Below are positions 47,151 to 55,878 of a stretch of 64,000 nucleotides of DNA, one piece after another. The translations under genes and the position numbers were made by a program. Each line of letters starts with the position of its first letter. The first letter of the stretch is position 1. The stretch lies in IMG/VR virus record IMGVR_UViG_3300037067_002734, positions 29,886 to 93,885 of that record; one strand, written 5' to 3'. The DNA is from a virus. Taxonomy: Duplodnaviria; Caudoviricetes. The notes beneath the pieces are model-generated. The model had not been told where the DNA came from. It saw nothing but the letters and a program-made list of their open reading frames with translations, and made no database searches.

Positions 47151-47928
47151 TGAATTAAATATCGATGATATCAAAAATATGTATGAAAAACAAAAAATGT
47201 CCTGGGCTCAAATAGCCGAACATTATGATACATATGTAAACAAAATAATTAGATTTGTTAAGAGAAATGGTAGTGTTGAAGCCCGCAGTATGTCAGAAGC
47301 ACAAAGTTTATCCTTAAAGAAAGGGAGACGTAAACATCCAACTAAGGGACAAAAAAGACCAGAATCAGTCAAAAACGCCATTGGAGAAAAACAATCTCAT
47401 CACTGGAAAAATGCCTCGGTCACAGAAAGAAAACATAGATCTGATGTTGCAAAAGAATTATGGAGTAATAAAAGTGCAGAAGAAGTAGCTAATATGAGAG
47501 AAAATGCTATTCAGGCAGTGTTAAAAGCTTCTAAAGAAGGATCTAAATTTGAGAATTATGTATGTGAAAATCTAATTAAAGATGGATATTCTGTTGAAAC
47601 ACATAAAGAAGATTTAATTCCTGTTGAAAAAGTCCATATTGATGCATTTTTACCTGAACTTGGAATTGCTATTGAAATAGATGGACCAGCACACTTTCTT
47701 CCTATTTGGGGACAAGATAAATTAGATAAGCATATTGCTAAGGATACACATAAAAATTCAATATTATTGGGATATAAATTTACTGTTTTGAGAGTAAAAT
47801 GTTTGACAAAAAACATTAGTAAGACTAAAATGTCAGATGCTTACAAAAAGGTAGTAGAGGAAATCGAAAACATTAAAAATAATCCTGGCATTAAAAATGC
47901 CCAATTAATTGAGATCGAGGTACAATAA
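47143..47928 (+). CDS. Vsr/DUF559-like endonuclease with HTH and basic NUMOD3-like N-terminus
   Basis: HPTKGQKRPESVK; GSKFE..HIDAFLPELGIAIEIDGPAH..D..KN..VLRV. Confidence 0.75.
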   Translation: MSDELNIDDIKNMYEKQKMSWAQIAEHYDTYVNKIIRFVKRNGSVEARSMSEAQSLSLKKGRRKHPTKGQKRPESVKNAIGEKQSHHWKNASVTERKHRSDVAKELWSNKSAEEVANMRENAIQAVLKASKEGSKFENYVCENLIKDGYSVETHKEDLIPVEKVHIDAFLPELGIAIEIDGPAHFLPIWGQDKLDKHIAKDTHKNSILLGYKFTVLRVKCLTKNISKTKMSDAYKKVVEEIENIKNNPGIKNAQLIEIEVQ

Positions 47929-47929
47929 T

Positions 47930-49027
47930 ATGCACGGATATGAAAAAACTCCAATAACTGAAATTAGAAGATTATTAAAAGAGAAGTATGGGGTTGACGA
48001 GACAACATTACTACAGACAAAGAAACTGTTGGTAGCATTGTTATTGGCATATGAAGATGGAACAGCGGCACCTAGGACCATTCAAATTACAGAACTAAAA
48101 GAGGAAGAAATGGGTGAACCTACAACATTAGATGATACTACCCAAGATAATAATGAAATCGACGAAGACGATGATGAAGACCTAACAGCATTTAATGATT
48201 TAGAAGTTGAAATTGAAGATGGAGAAGTTATTAATATTGAGGGAATTGCCGAAGTTTTAGAGGAAATTAAAAAGGAAGTTGTAGTTGAGGGATCTGTAAA
48301 AGAACCGGATGAAGAATATGTGGAGGAAAAAAGTCAGAAAGAAACAGTTCCTACTACACCTTATTTTAATTCTCCTGAGTGGTCAGATTATCTAATATCA
48401 CAATTACGCCCAGATGAATTATTTGAGAAATATCCGAGGTTACGCGGTCTTCGCAGGTTAACAGAAATATTTATTGGTCCTATTATAAGTAAAGAATTAT
48501 ACTGTCACAAATGTCCAGATGATAAATCGGACTCTTCTACTATAAGTGTAAAAATAATTTGTTCAGTAAATAATCCAAATCATCCATTATATAAAAAAAC
48601 TATTGTAGAAACATCTATTGCTGACGCAAATATAAATAACAATAGCGTAAATCCATTTTGTTATCATATGAGTAGTGTCTCTGAAAATAGAAGTGAGGCT
48701 AGATGTTATAGAAATATATTACGAATAAATGTAGTAACGGCTGAAGAGGTCAATGCTGGTATGAATATGGAAGAGAATATAAACAATGATAATGGCAAGA
48801 TTAGTCAAATACAAATCATTGCCATAGATACTATATGTAAGCGTCAAGATATAAATGTTTTTGAGTTTATAAATGTTGGTAGTAGCGGTAAAACATATTC
48901 AAGTATAAATGATATAGATACTAATACTGCCTTAAAAATAATACAAACCCTAAATGAAATAACTGAAGGGAAAAGAACAAAACCAGAAAATGTTGGCGTT
49001 TATGATAATAACTGGGTGAAACAATAA
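47930..49027 (+). CDS. putative single-strand annealing protein (Rad52/Erf-like) with long acidic N-terminal region
   Basis: PRLRGLRRL...SIADA...MSSVSENRSEARCYRNIL..VTAEE resembles the AETxAxxRAL..EE helix of Rad52/Erf-type SSAPs. Confidence 0.5.
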   Translation: MHGYEKTPITEIRRLLKEKYGVDETTLLQTKKLLVALLLAYEDGTAAPRTIQITELKEEEMGEPTTLDDTTQDNNEIDEDDDEDLTAFNDLEVEIEDGEVINIEGIAEVLEEIKKEVVVEGSVKEPDEEYVEEKSQKETVPTTPYFNSPEWSDYLISQLRPDELFEKYPRLRGLRRLTEIFIGPIISKELYCHKCPDDKSDSSTISVKIICSVNNPNHPLYKKTIVETSIADANINNNSVNPFCYHMSSVSENRSEARCYRNILRINVVTAEEVNAGMNMEENINNDNGKISQIQIIAIDTICKRQDINVFEFINVGSSGKTYSSINDIDTNTALKIIQTLNEITEGKRTKPENVGVYDNNWVKQ

Positions 49028-49041
49028 TAAAAGGAGAATAT

Positions 49042-49389
49042 ATGATTAAAGCAAAAGTAAAGATCGGTGAAGATTGGTTTGAAGTAGAGTCGTCAGATCA
49101 GAAAAAAATGCATGCTGAATTATCTTCATTATATGAAGTTTTTGGTAATAATATATGTCAAAAATGTAAATCAAAAGCTGTCCCCACAATTCGTGAGAAC
49201 GATGGTAATACTTATTATGAGTGGAGATGTACAAATCCAAAATGTAGAGCCAAACTATCTATGGGGTGTCATAAAACATCTCCGACATTATTTCCTAAAA
49301 GAACCACAGAAGATGATACTGGAAAATCTACATATTTACCAGATGGTGGATGGTTAAGATATAATAAAGAAACTGGGAAAAATGAATAA
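49042..49389 (+). CDS. conserved phage zinc-ribbon protein
   Basis: CQKC..YYEWRC..CRAKL.MG..LFPKR..GW; AAGGAG SD. Confidence 0.7.
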   Translation: MIKAKVKIGEDWFEVESSDQKKMHAELSSLYEVFGNNICQKCKSKAVPTIRENDGNTYYEWRCTNPKCRAKLSMGCHKTSPTLFPKRTTEDDTGKSTYLPDGGWLRYNKETGKNE

Positions 49390-49410
49390 ATTTTTAGAGT
49401 TTTTTTGGGA

Positions 49411-49433
49411 AAAATATCGTATAATATATTAGG
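49411..49433 (+). promoter_or_regulatory. promoter, copy 2 of motif ATCGTATAATATATTAGGA
   Basis: TATAAT at 49420-49425; identical core to 23965-23983; no good -35. Confidence 0.68.
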
Positions 49434-49513
49434 ATAAAGTCGCATATAAACAAATATAAATAGCCTCGCGGTTAAAGTCTTGCGACTTTTATCCCAACCG
49501 TTGAGGCTTTTTT
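49432..49513 (+). ncRNA. putative structured leader/small RNA, copy 2
   Basis: 49432-49444 pairs with 49481-49494 (13 bp, 1 bulge); 49462-49473 pairs with 49496-49508 (12 bp, 1 G-U, 1 bulge); T-run to 49513; AGGAG SD at 49518-49522. Confidence 0.7.
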
Positions 49514-49527
49514 ATTTAGGAGTTTTA

Positions 49528-50478
49528 ATGAGGAAAGAGTGGACAAATGAAGAAGAAATAGAATTACAAAATTTGATAAATCAAAATTTAGATCATTTGG
49601 ATATTTCTAAAATATTACAAAGAACTAAAAATAGTATCAATCTAAAATGTTCAGAATTAAGAATCAAATGTAAAAAATATGATATAAATATAGGTTATAA
49701 ACAACAAAATGGATTTTTAGAAATTATAGATTTATTACCAAATTCTAAAGTAAAATGTTTATGTCATAATTGTAATAAATATTGTATTTACGATAGATGT
49801 GATGTTCGTAATTCTAAATATAGAACATGTGGTTGTTTATCTAATAATAAAATATGCCCAATATGTATATCTAAACATAATAAAAGAGTGCAAATTTGTT
49901 CCAAATGTGGTTATAAATTTGATAAAAATTGTAAATCCTTTGCTGAAGAACATAAAGAGTTACTTAAGGAATGGGACTATGAAAAAAATATTATAAATCC
50001 GCATTATATTGTACATAAATCTAAATATAAAATATTTTGGATATGTAAAAAATGTAATAATTCTTGGCAATGTAAAATATCAAATCGTACTCAAGGTAAA
50101 CATGGATGTCCAAAATGTAGCTCAAGTAAAGGTGAAAATTTACTTGAATCCATATTAAACAAATATAATATTGTATATAATAAGGAACAAATATTTGATA
50201 AATGTAAAGATATTAAAAATTTACGATTTGATTTCTATTTACTGGATTATAATTTATGTATAGAATATCAAGGAGAGCAGCATTATAATAATAGATTATC
50301 ATCAAGATATAATGAAGAATTCTTTGCAAATATTCAAAAAAAAGATAATATCAAACGAGATTTTTGTAAAAATAATAATATAAAACTACTTGAAATACCA
50401 TACTGGGAACAGAAGAATATAGAGGATATATTAAAGAAGGAATTAAATATAGATGGCAAAATTACAACCAGGGATTAA
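49528..50478 (+). CDS. HTH + zinc-ribbon PD-(D/E)XK endonuclease, homing-endonuclease-like
   Basis: Likely start ATG 49528; WTNEEE HTH, Cys motifs, one EWDYEKN repeat, SKGE..LRFDFYL..CIEYQGEQHY. Confidence 0.8.
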   Translation: MRKEWTNEEEIELQNLINQNLDHLDISKILQRTKNSINLKCSELRIKCKKYDINIGYKQQNGFLEIIDLLPNSKVKCLCHNCNKYCIYDRCDVRNSKYRTCGCLSNNKICPICISKHNKRVQICSKCGYKFDKNCKSFAEEHKELLKEWDYEKNIINPHYIVHKSKYKIFWICKKCNNSWQCKISNRTQGKHGCPKCSSSKGENLLESILNKYNIVYNKEQIFDKCKDIKNLRFDFYLLDYNLCIEYQGEQHYNNRLSSRYNEEFFANIQKKDNIKRDFCKNNNIKLLEIPYWEQKNIEDILKKELNIDGKITTRD

Positions 50479-51679
50479 TGATTTACAAACTACTCATCCA
50501 GAACTAATACAAGAATGGGATTTTGAGAAGAATACTATTAAACCTACAGAGATAATATTTGGAAGTGGAAAAAGGGTGTGGTTTTTATGTTTAAACCATA
50601 AACATAGTTATTCAACAAGATTATTTGATAAAATTAATAAAAAAATACAATGTCCGATATGTACTGGACACAGAGTATTAATTGGATTTAATGATTTACA
50701 AACTACTCATCCAGAGTTATTAAATGAATGGGATTTTAAGAAAAACACTATAAAACCAACAGAAGTTTCTTATGGTAGTCATAAAAAGATTTGGTGGAAA
50801 TGTAAATTAAATCATTCCTGGATAATGAGTCCTAATAATAGAACATCAATGCCCAATCAAGGTTGCCCATATTGTTCTGGGCGTAGAATACTGATTGGAT
50901 TTAATGATTTAGCCACTACACATCAAGAGTTGTGTGAAGAATGGGATTATGAAAAAAATAAAATCAAACCAACAGAAGTTACACATGGTAGCAATAAAAA
51001 AGTATGGTGGTTATGTAAAACGCACAAGCATAGTTTTATATCATCTATTGGTAATAGAAAAAGTGGTAGAAAATGTCCAATATGTTGTGCTTATGGAAGT
51101 GCTAAAATTATTTTATCGGGATTTAATGATTTACAAACAACGCATCCAATATTATGTGAAGAACTTATTGACGAAATATACAATTCTACACAATTATCAT
51201 CTGGTAGTGATAAAAAAGTAAAATGGAAATGTAAAAAATGTAATTATATATGGAAAGCATCTATTTCATCTAGAGCAGGAAAAGGAAAAAATGGATGCCC
51301 TAAATGTAATTCAAGTAAGGGTGAAATTAATATCTGTCAAATTCTAGATAAATACAACATTAATTATAATAAAGAAAAGACTTTTGATGGATGTGTAGAT
51401 AAAAGAAAATTAAAATTTGATTTCTACCTTTTGGAATATAATCTATGTATTGAATATCAAGGGCTTCAACATTATCCAGAAAAATATAAAAAATCTAAAT
51501 TTTATTCATATTCAACTATACATAATGAAGAATCTTTAAAAAATCTACAAAAACGAGACCAAATCAAGCGTGATTTCTGTCTTAAAGAAAATATTAAACT
51601 AATAGAAATCCCATATTGGGATAAAAACAGAATAGAAGAAATATTAATTAAAGAACTTGATATTCCTTTAATTTCCTAA
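50453..51679 (+). CDS. zinc-ribbon-repeat (4 repeats) PD-(D/E)XK endonuclease
   Basis: Four NDL.TTH..L..E repeats; SKGE..LKFDFYL..CIEYQGLQHY..RDQIKRDFC..IPYW. Confidence 0.82.
   Translation: MAKLQPGINDLQTTHPELIQEWDFEKNTIKPTEIIFGSGKRVWFLCLNHKHSYSTRLFDKINKKIQCPICTGHRVLIGFNDLQTTHPELLNEWDFKKNTIKPTEVSYGSHKKIWWKCKLNHSWIMSPNNRTSMPNQGCPYCSGRRILIGFNDLATTHQELCEEWDYEKNKIKPTEVTHGSNKKVWWLCKTHKHSFISSIGNRKSGRKCPICCAYGSAKIILSGFNDLQTTHPILCEELIDEIYNSTQLSSGSDKKVKWKCKKCNYIWKASISSRAGKGKNGCPKCNSSKGEINICQILDKYNINYNKEKTFDGCVDKRKLKFDFYLLEYNLCIEYQGLQHYPEKYKKSKFYSYSTIHNEESLKNLQKRDQIKRDFCLKENIKLIEIPYWDKNRIEEILIKELDIPLIS
50470..51310 (+). repeat. intragenic tandem repeats of about 200-220 nt (four zinc-ribbon units)
   Basis: TAATGATTTACAAACTACTCATCCAGA near 50476 and 50689; variants near 50902 and 51124. 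Confidence 0.8.
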
Positions 51680-52361
51680 AAATATCACTTATAATTATCT
51701 CTCTTATGCAATCTTTTTCCATATCAAATTCAACCAATCCAATATCAGGAAGTTCAGCCAAGAATTTTGCAAATTTAACTATATCAAATCTTTTTTCTAT
51801 TGGTAAATCAGATTGATTACAATCTCCTTCTAAAATCATTTTTGATTTTCTACCAAAGCGACTTAAAATAAGCATCATTTGTTGGTAAGACACATTTTGA
51901 ACTTCATCTACTATACAAAAAGTGTTATGCATATTAATTCCACGACAAAAAGCAATTGGTAATATTTGTAGTTTTCCTTCTTGAATAAGTTTTTGAACTT
52001 CTCCATTTACAATTCCATATGAAGCAAGTTCGGCAAAAATTGGTTGCATATACGGAAAAAGTTTTGCGGTAGAATCTCCTGGTAAAAAACCTAATGATTC
52101 ACCACACGCTTCTACTGCTGCTCTAATAATTGTTAATTTATCATAATTACCTCTTAATAATTCCTGAGCTCCATACATAACAGCTAATGCAGTTTTTCCA
52201 ACACCACTTCCATTAAGTGCAAATATAATCTTTTTTTCCTTCATTAAGTCAAGATATTTCTTTTGATTGATGGATTTTGGTTTAATTTCCTTCATACCCA
52301 CCCTTTCTATATTTGGAATATCTATTTTAGGAATTTTAGTAGCTCGTGGTTTTTTTGTCAT
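51648..52361 (-). CDS. phoH: PhoH-family ATPase
   Basis: GSGVGKT, RAAVE..ESLGFLPG, PIAFCRG, IVDEVQN, LSRFG..SK, GDCNQSD. Confidence 0.92.
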   Translation of the reverse strand: MTKKPRATKIPKIDIPNIERVGMKEIKPKSINQKKYLDLMKEKKIIFALNGSGVGKTALAVMYGAQELLRGNYDKLTIIRAAVEACGESLGFLPGDSTAKLFPYMQPIFAELASYGIVNGEVQKLIQEGKLQILPIAFCRGINMHNTFCIVDEVQNVSYQQMMLILSRFGRKSKMILEGDCNQSDLPIEKRFDIVKFAKFLAELPDIGLVEFDMEKDCIREIIISDIFRKLKEYQVL

Positions 52362-52370
52362 CACCTTCCT

Positions 52371-53342
52371 TTATAATAAATGATATAGTGTTGGGCACAT
52401 AGTAATTGGATGTCTTAATAATGGATTCTTTAATATTTGTAAGAATTCTTGATGATCAGGATGCTTCGGATCACAAATATTCATACTATCATATAATTCT
52501 TGCGAATGCCACACCTTTAATATTTGAGCTAAATGTGCGTGTTGAAAACCAAAATCTATACACATTTGTATAAAAGCCGGTATTTCTCTAAAATTATCGG
52601 CTTGTACTACAAAATTTATTTGAACTACTTTTTTAAGAGTAGAAACAAATTTTAATGTCTCGTATATATGTTCCCATTTAGATGGAAATCTTACCTTTTC
52701 ATAAACTTCTTTTGAAGCTGCATCAATAGATATATTAAATTTCCATATCTGATTCTGTGGTAAATCTTCCCACTTATTCAATAATAATGTAGCATTAGTA
52801 AATAATTCTATCTTCAAATTTAAATAATCCTTCGCTATATTTAATATTTCTAATGACGATGGGCTAACCAATGGATCACCAGAAGACATCAAAACTAATT
52901 CTTCTGCTGTGGGAAAGAATTCTTCACAAATTTCAAAAACTTTTCCATCTCTCTTTTTTTGATGATCTCCATATTTAGCAAATTCATTCCTACATGAAGG
53001 ACATTTTAAATTACATGTTCTATCATGCTCTAACCAAACTCTTTTAGGAGGAATATCCATTATGGGTTTCATCCATGGTAATCTTTCTTTTTCTAAATGT
53101 CCCGCTGTAATTTTAGAACATTTTTTACAATATGTATTAAAATCATCATTTAAAATAGCTACTCTTAATTTCTGAAAATTTGGATGATTCCAAATTTCCC
53201 AGGGAGTTAGATTATGAATTAAATTGTAATCTAAACACCAATCCCCAACATAGACATTATGATCTAGCCATGCAGTACAACATGTTGAATATAAAGTTAC
53301 ATTTGGTCTAAATTCTACAAATGGGTTCCAGCAGCATCTCAT
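52371..53342 (-). CDS. radical SAM protein with N-terminal SPASM/twitch-like Cys domain
   Basis: CNLKCPSC, SGDPL, FTNA, ISIDA..YEKVR; N-terminal CC..IWN..LR..C..C. Confidence 0.88.
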   Translation of the reverse strand: MRCCWNPFVEFRPNVTLYSTCCTAWLDHNVYVGDWCLDYNLIHNLTPWEIWNHPNFQKLRVAILNDDFNTYCKKCSKITAGHLEKERLPWMKPIMDIPPKRVWLEHDRTCNLKCPSCRNEFAKYGDHQKKRDGKVFEICEEFFPTAEELVLMSSGDPLVSPSSLEILNIAKDYLNLKIELFTNATLLLNKWEDLPQNQIWKFNISIDAASKEVYEKVRFPSKWEHIYETLKFVSTLKKVVQINFVVQADNFREIPAFIQMCIDFGFQHAHLAQILKVWHSQELYDSMNICDPKHPDHQEFLQILKNPLLRHPITMCPTLYHLL

Positions 53343-53995
53343 TTTATATCCTTATTATATTTTGGTGGTGTAAAATTAAATTTTTCTATATCCAAATAAC
53401 AATGATTACCAACTTTATCTATAATATTCTGATTCCAACAACCACAATCTGATATTGCATGATTTAAATAAGGAAGAGGAAGAGAAATAATACCTATTCT
53501 CCTACAAATATCTTCCCATTTATTTAATAAATCATTACATAAAATAACATCTATGTCCAAATCATTACCAGCTTTGTCACAACAAAAAGTTTTCCAAAAA
53601 CCTCCTTCATATACTAATTGATTCTCACTTTTAATTAAATATTCATGTTCTACAAATTCTGAAAAATTAGGATAAGAAAATACTCTATTAACTCTCTGCA
53701 ACCACCAATTTCCTATAAGTTTTTCTGGAGGATGTACAATTCTTGGTAATCTATGTACATGTCTCCAATCACTCTCTATTATTTCCCAAGGAGAACGAAG
53801 GGTTGTAAATTTATAATAAGCATCCCATTCATCATCTCTAATTAAAAATTTAAATTGAGGAGCATGTACATGTTTCCATTCTAACTCATCAATAAGTGAA
53901 TTTGGACAAATTTGAAATAATGTTTTTGTTACAGAGGTTCCAGCACATCTAGGTATATGTATATATAAAAATTTCCTAAAAACATTAAGTAACAT
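53339..53995 (-). CDS. sulfotransferase (Sulfotransfer_2-like)
   Basis: FLYIHIPRCAGTSV (5'-PSB), KFTTLRSPWE.IES (3'-PB), LPYLN, DIEKFNF. Confidence 0.82.
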   Translation of the reverse strand: MLLNVFRKFLYIHIPRCAGTSVTKTLFQICPNSLIDELEWKHVHAPQFKFLIRDDEWDAYYKFTTLRSPWEIIESDWRHVHRLPRIVHPPEKLIGNWWLQRVNRVFSYPNFSEFVEHEYLIKSENQLVYEGGFWKTFCCDKAGNDLDIDVILCNDLLNKWEDICRRIGIISLPLPYLNHAISDCGCWNQNIIDKVGNHCYLDIEKFNFTPPKYNKDIK

Positions 53996-53999
53996 ATTA

Positions 54000-54542
54000 T
54001 TATCCTTTGTTTACTACTAATCCATAACTATAAAATACTGGTTCTAGTGTTATATATAATATTTTATATAATCCTTTATTAACAACTTCGTATACGGCGG
54101 AATTCACGCTATGTAAGTTCATATCGTGCCCTAACACCAGCCCATTAGGTTTTGTTTTTGTATATAATAATAATAAATCTTCTAATACATATTCATATAA
54201 ATGACAGGCATCCAAATAAGACCAATCAAAAAAATTATCTGGTAAATTTAATAAAGCATTTTTTGAATAATCTTTTATAACTTTCACTCTATTATCATTT
54301 TTATATCTTTCCACAACATCTTCATACATAACATTCCATAATCTATCAGAACCACCCATAGCTAAAGGAAATTGTCCCTCAGTATCAATCCAACAATCTA
54401 TTAAATATAATTCTTTAGGATTAGATTCTGTCAATATTATCTGAGAAAAATTTCCCATATAAACACCTATTTCAGCACAAATACAATTCTTAGGCATTAA
54501 TTTAATTAACTCTATTCTATTTTGAATATATTGTACTTTCAT
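54000..54542 (-). CDS. class I SAM methyltransferase (Methyltransf_24-like)
   Basis: CAEIGVYMGNFS, LIDCW, FDWSYLDACHLYE, GHD. Confidence 0.88.
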   Translation of the reverse strand: MKVQYIQNRIELIKLMPKNCICAEIGVYMGNFSQIILTESNPKELYLIDCWIDTEGQFPLAMGGSDRLWNVMYEDVVERYKNDNRVKVIKDYSKNALLNLPDNFFDWSYLDACHLYEYVLEDLLLLYTKTKPNGLVLGHDMNLHSVNSAVYEVVNKGLYKILYITLEPVFYSYGLVVNKG

Positions 54543-55876
54543 TAATTCTCACTTTTATTATTAGATAATACATATCCTATTTCTGGACATAATACATTTT
54601 TTTGTGTAATACGAAAAATTTCTTCAGCTTGATAAGGGCATGATTCAACAAAAATATCCAATGGTGAATCTAAATATTCACTCGCTTTCAAATCTATAAC
54701 TTTTTGTACTGTCCTATGTTTTAATTTCTCCCAATTCCCCATAGTAAGCTTTTCTACTTTCATCCCGTGTTTATCAAGCCAATATAATGTCTCGCTTCTA
54801 TATTTTTCCATTCTAGCAGTAACTATATGTCTAATTGGAACCCTACGAACAAAATTCTTTGGAATAGCATTTTTAATAAAATTAGCATATTTCTCACCAT
54901 CATCATCATCTTCTTTTTTAGCATCTTGACAGAGAATTCCATCAAAATCTATCATAGCATGTTGAACCATGGCAGAATTAAATAAATTCCATTCAAGGTA
55001 ATGATTACCATTTAATTCAGCTACATAATAATTCACATGATCTAAAGATCTTGTATGACAATAAATAACAGTTTTTAAAATTTGGGCATTTGGATATTTA
55101 TTCTGTATAACATTTGTACATTTATCAATAGTATTTCCATTATATACAGTATCTTCAATTAATAATATCTTTTGGGGATTTTCTAGTTGAAAATCCTTAA
55201 GTCTCCATCCATTACCAACATAACTCATATGAGCATCATCAACAGAATATAATGGTCTATGATAATGACATGCTAAAGTAGTTGCTGGTAACATTCCAGA
55301 TCTAGCTGAACCAACAACAATATCAATATCGGTTGGTAATATCTTAACTAATTCATAAGTATCAATAATGAGCTTTGATGTCTTAATATAAGATAATGGA
55401 TTTTCTTGTCTTGGTATATATATTTCACCATTAGACATTTCAAATCCACGAATATCTATCCATTTATCTATTGGACATTTCTCACTTGATAACCATGCTT
55501 TTGTACTTAAAAAACATCCACATCCTACATGTTTACATCTACCATTATCATAATGTTCACATGTACTACAAATATTTAATCTATTTTTATATTGTTCTGG
55601 TGTTACATTTTTAAAACCAGATTTAGCATAATTTATTACCGCTTTTCCAAAATTTGAAGCAAGTCCAAATAAACCAGGATATTGAATAGTATCATCATCT
55701 GCCAATGAATTAATATTTACTTGTTTCTTATTGGGACACAAATCACAAACGATTGGTAAATTTTCTGGTTTTACAGTAATAATTGGAAATTTATTTTCTG
55801 TACATTTATATTTATTATTTCCTAAATATTCCATACATTGTGGATATTTATTTCTTGGTGGTATAAATTCTTGCAT
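54542..55876 (-). CDS. fusion: Cys-rich domain + type I phosphoribosyltransferase + HAD phosphatase
   Basis: RLNICSTC..C..CGCFL..K..CPIDKW; VVGSARSGMLPA and ILLIEDTVYNGNT (PRPP loop); MIDFDGILC, IVTAR, FVES (HAD). Likely start MQEFIP at 55876. Confidence 0.8.
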   Translation of the reverse strand: MQEFIPPRNKYPQCMEYLGNNKYKCTENKFPIITVKPENLPIVCDLCPNKKQVNINSLADDDTIQYPGLFGLASNFGKAVINYAKSGFKNVTPEQYKNRLNICSTCEHYDNGRCKHVGCGCFLSTKAWLSSEKCPIDKWIDIRGFEMSNGEIYIPRQENPLSYIKTSKLIIDTYELVKILPTDIDIVVGSARSGMLPATTLACHYHRPLYSVDDAHMSYVGNGWRLKDFQLENPQKILLIEDTVYNGNTIDKCTNVIQNKYPNAQILKTVIYCHTRSLDHVNYYVAELNGNHYLEWNLFNSAMVQHAMIDFDGILCQDAKKEDDDDGEKYANFIKNAIPKNFVRRVPIRHIVTARMEKYRSETLYWLDKHGMKVEKLTMGNWEKLKHRTVQKVIDLKASEYLDSPLDIFVESCPYQAEEIFRITQKNVLCPEIGYVLSNNKSEN

Positions 55877-55878
55877 AA

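Noticed and set aside
1408-47816. Short - strand ORFs in the track inside the + strand region (e.g. 1876-2202, 11554-11910, 23534-23818, 31503-31802)
   Set aside because: They lie antisense to well-supported genes and have shadow-frame composition with no motifs.
50470-51310. CRISPR array or DGR template/variable repeat pair
   Set aside because: The repeats are in-frame protein-domain repeats of about 200 nt, differences are not adenine-specific, and no reverse transcriptase or cas operon is in the window.
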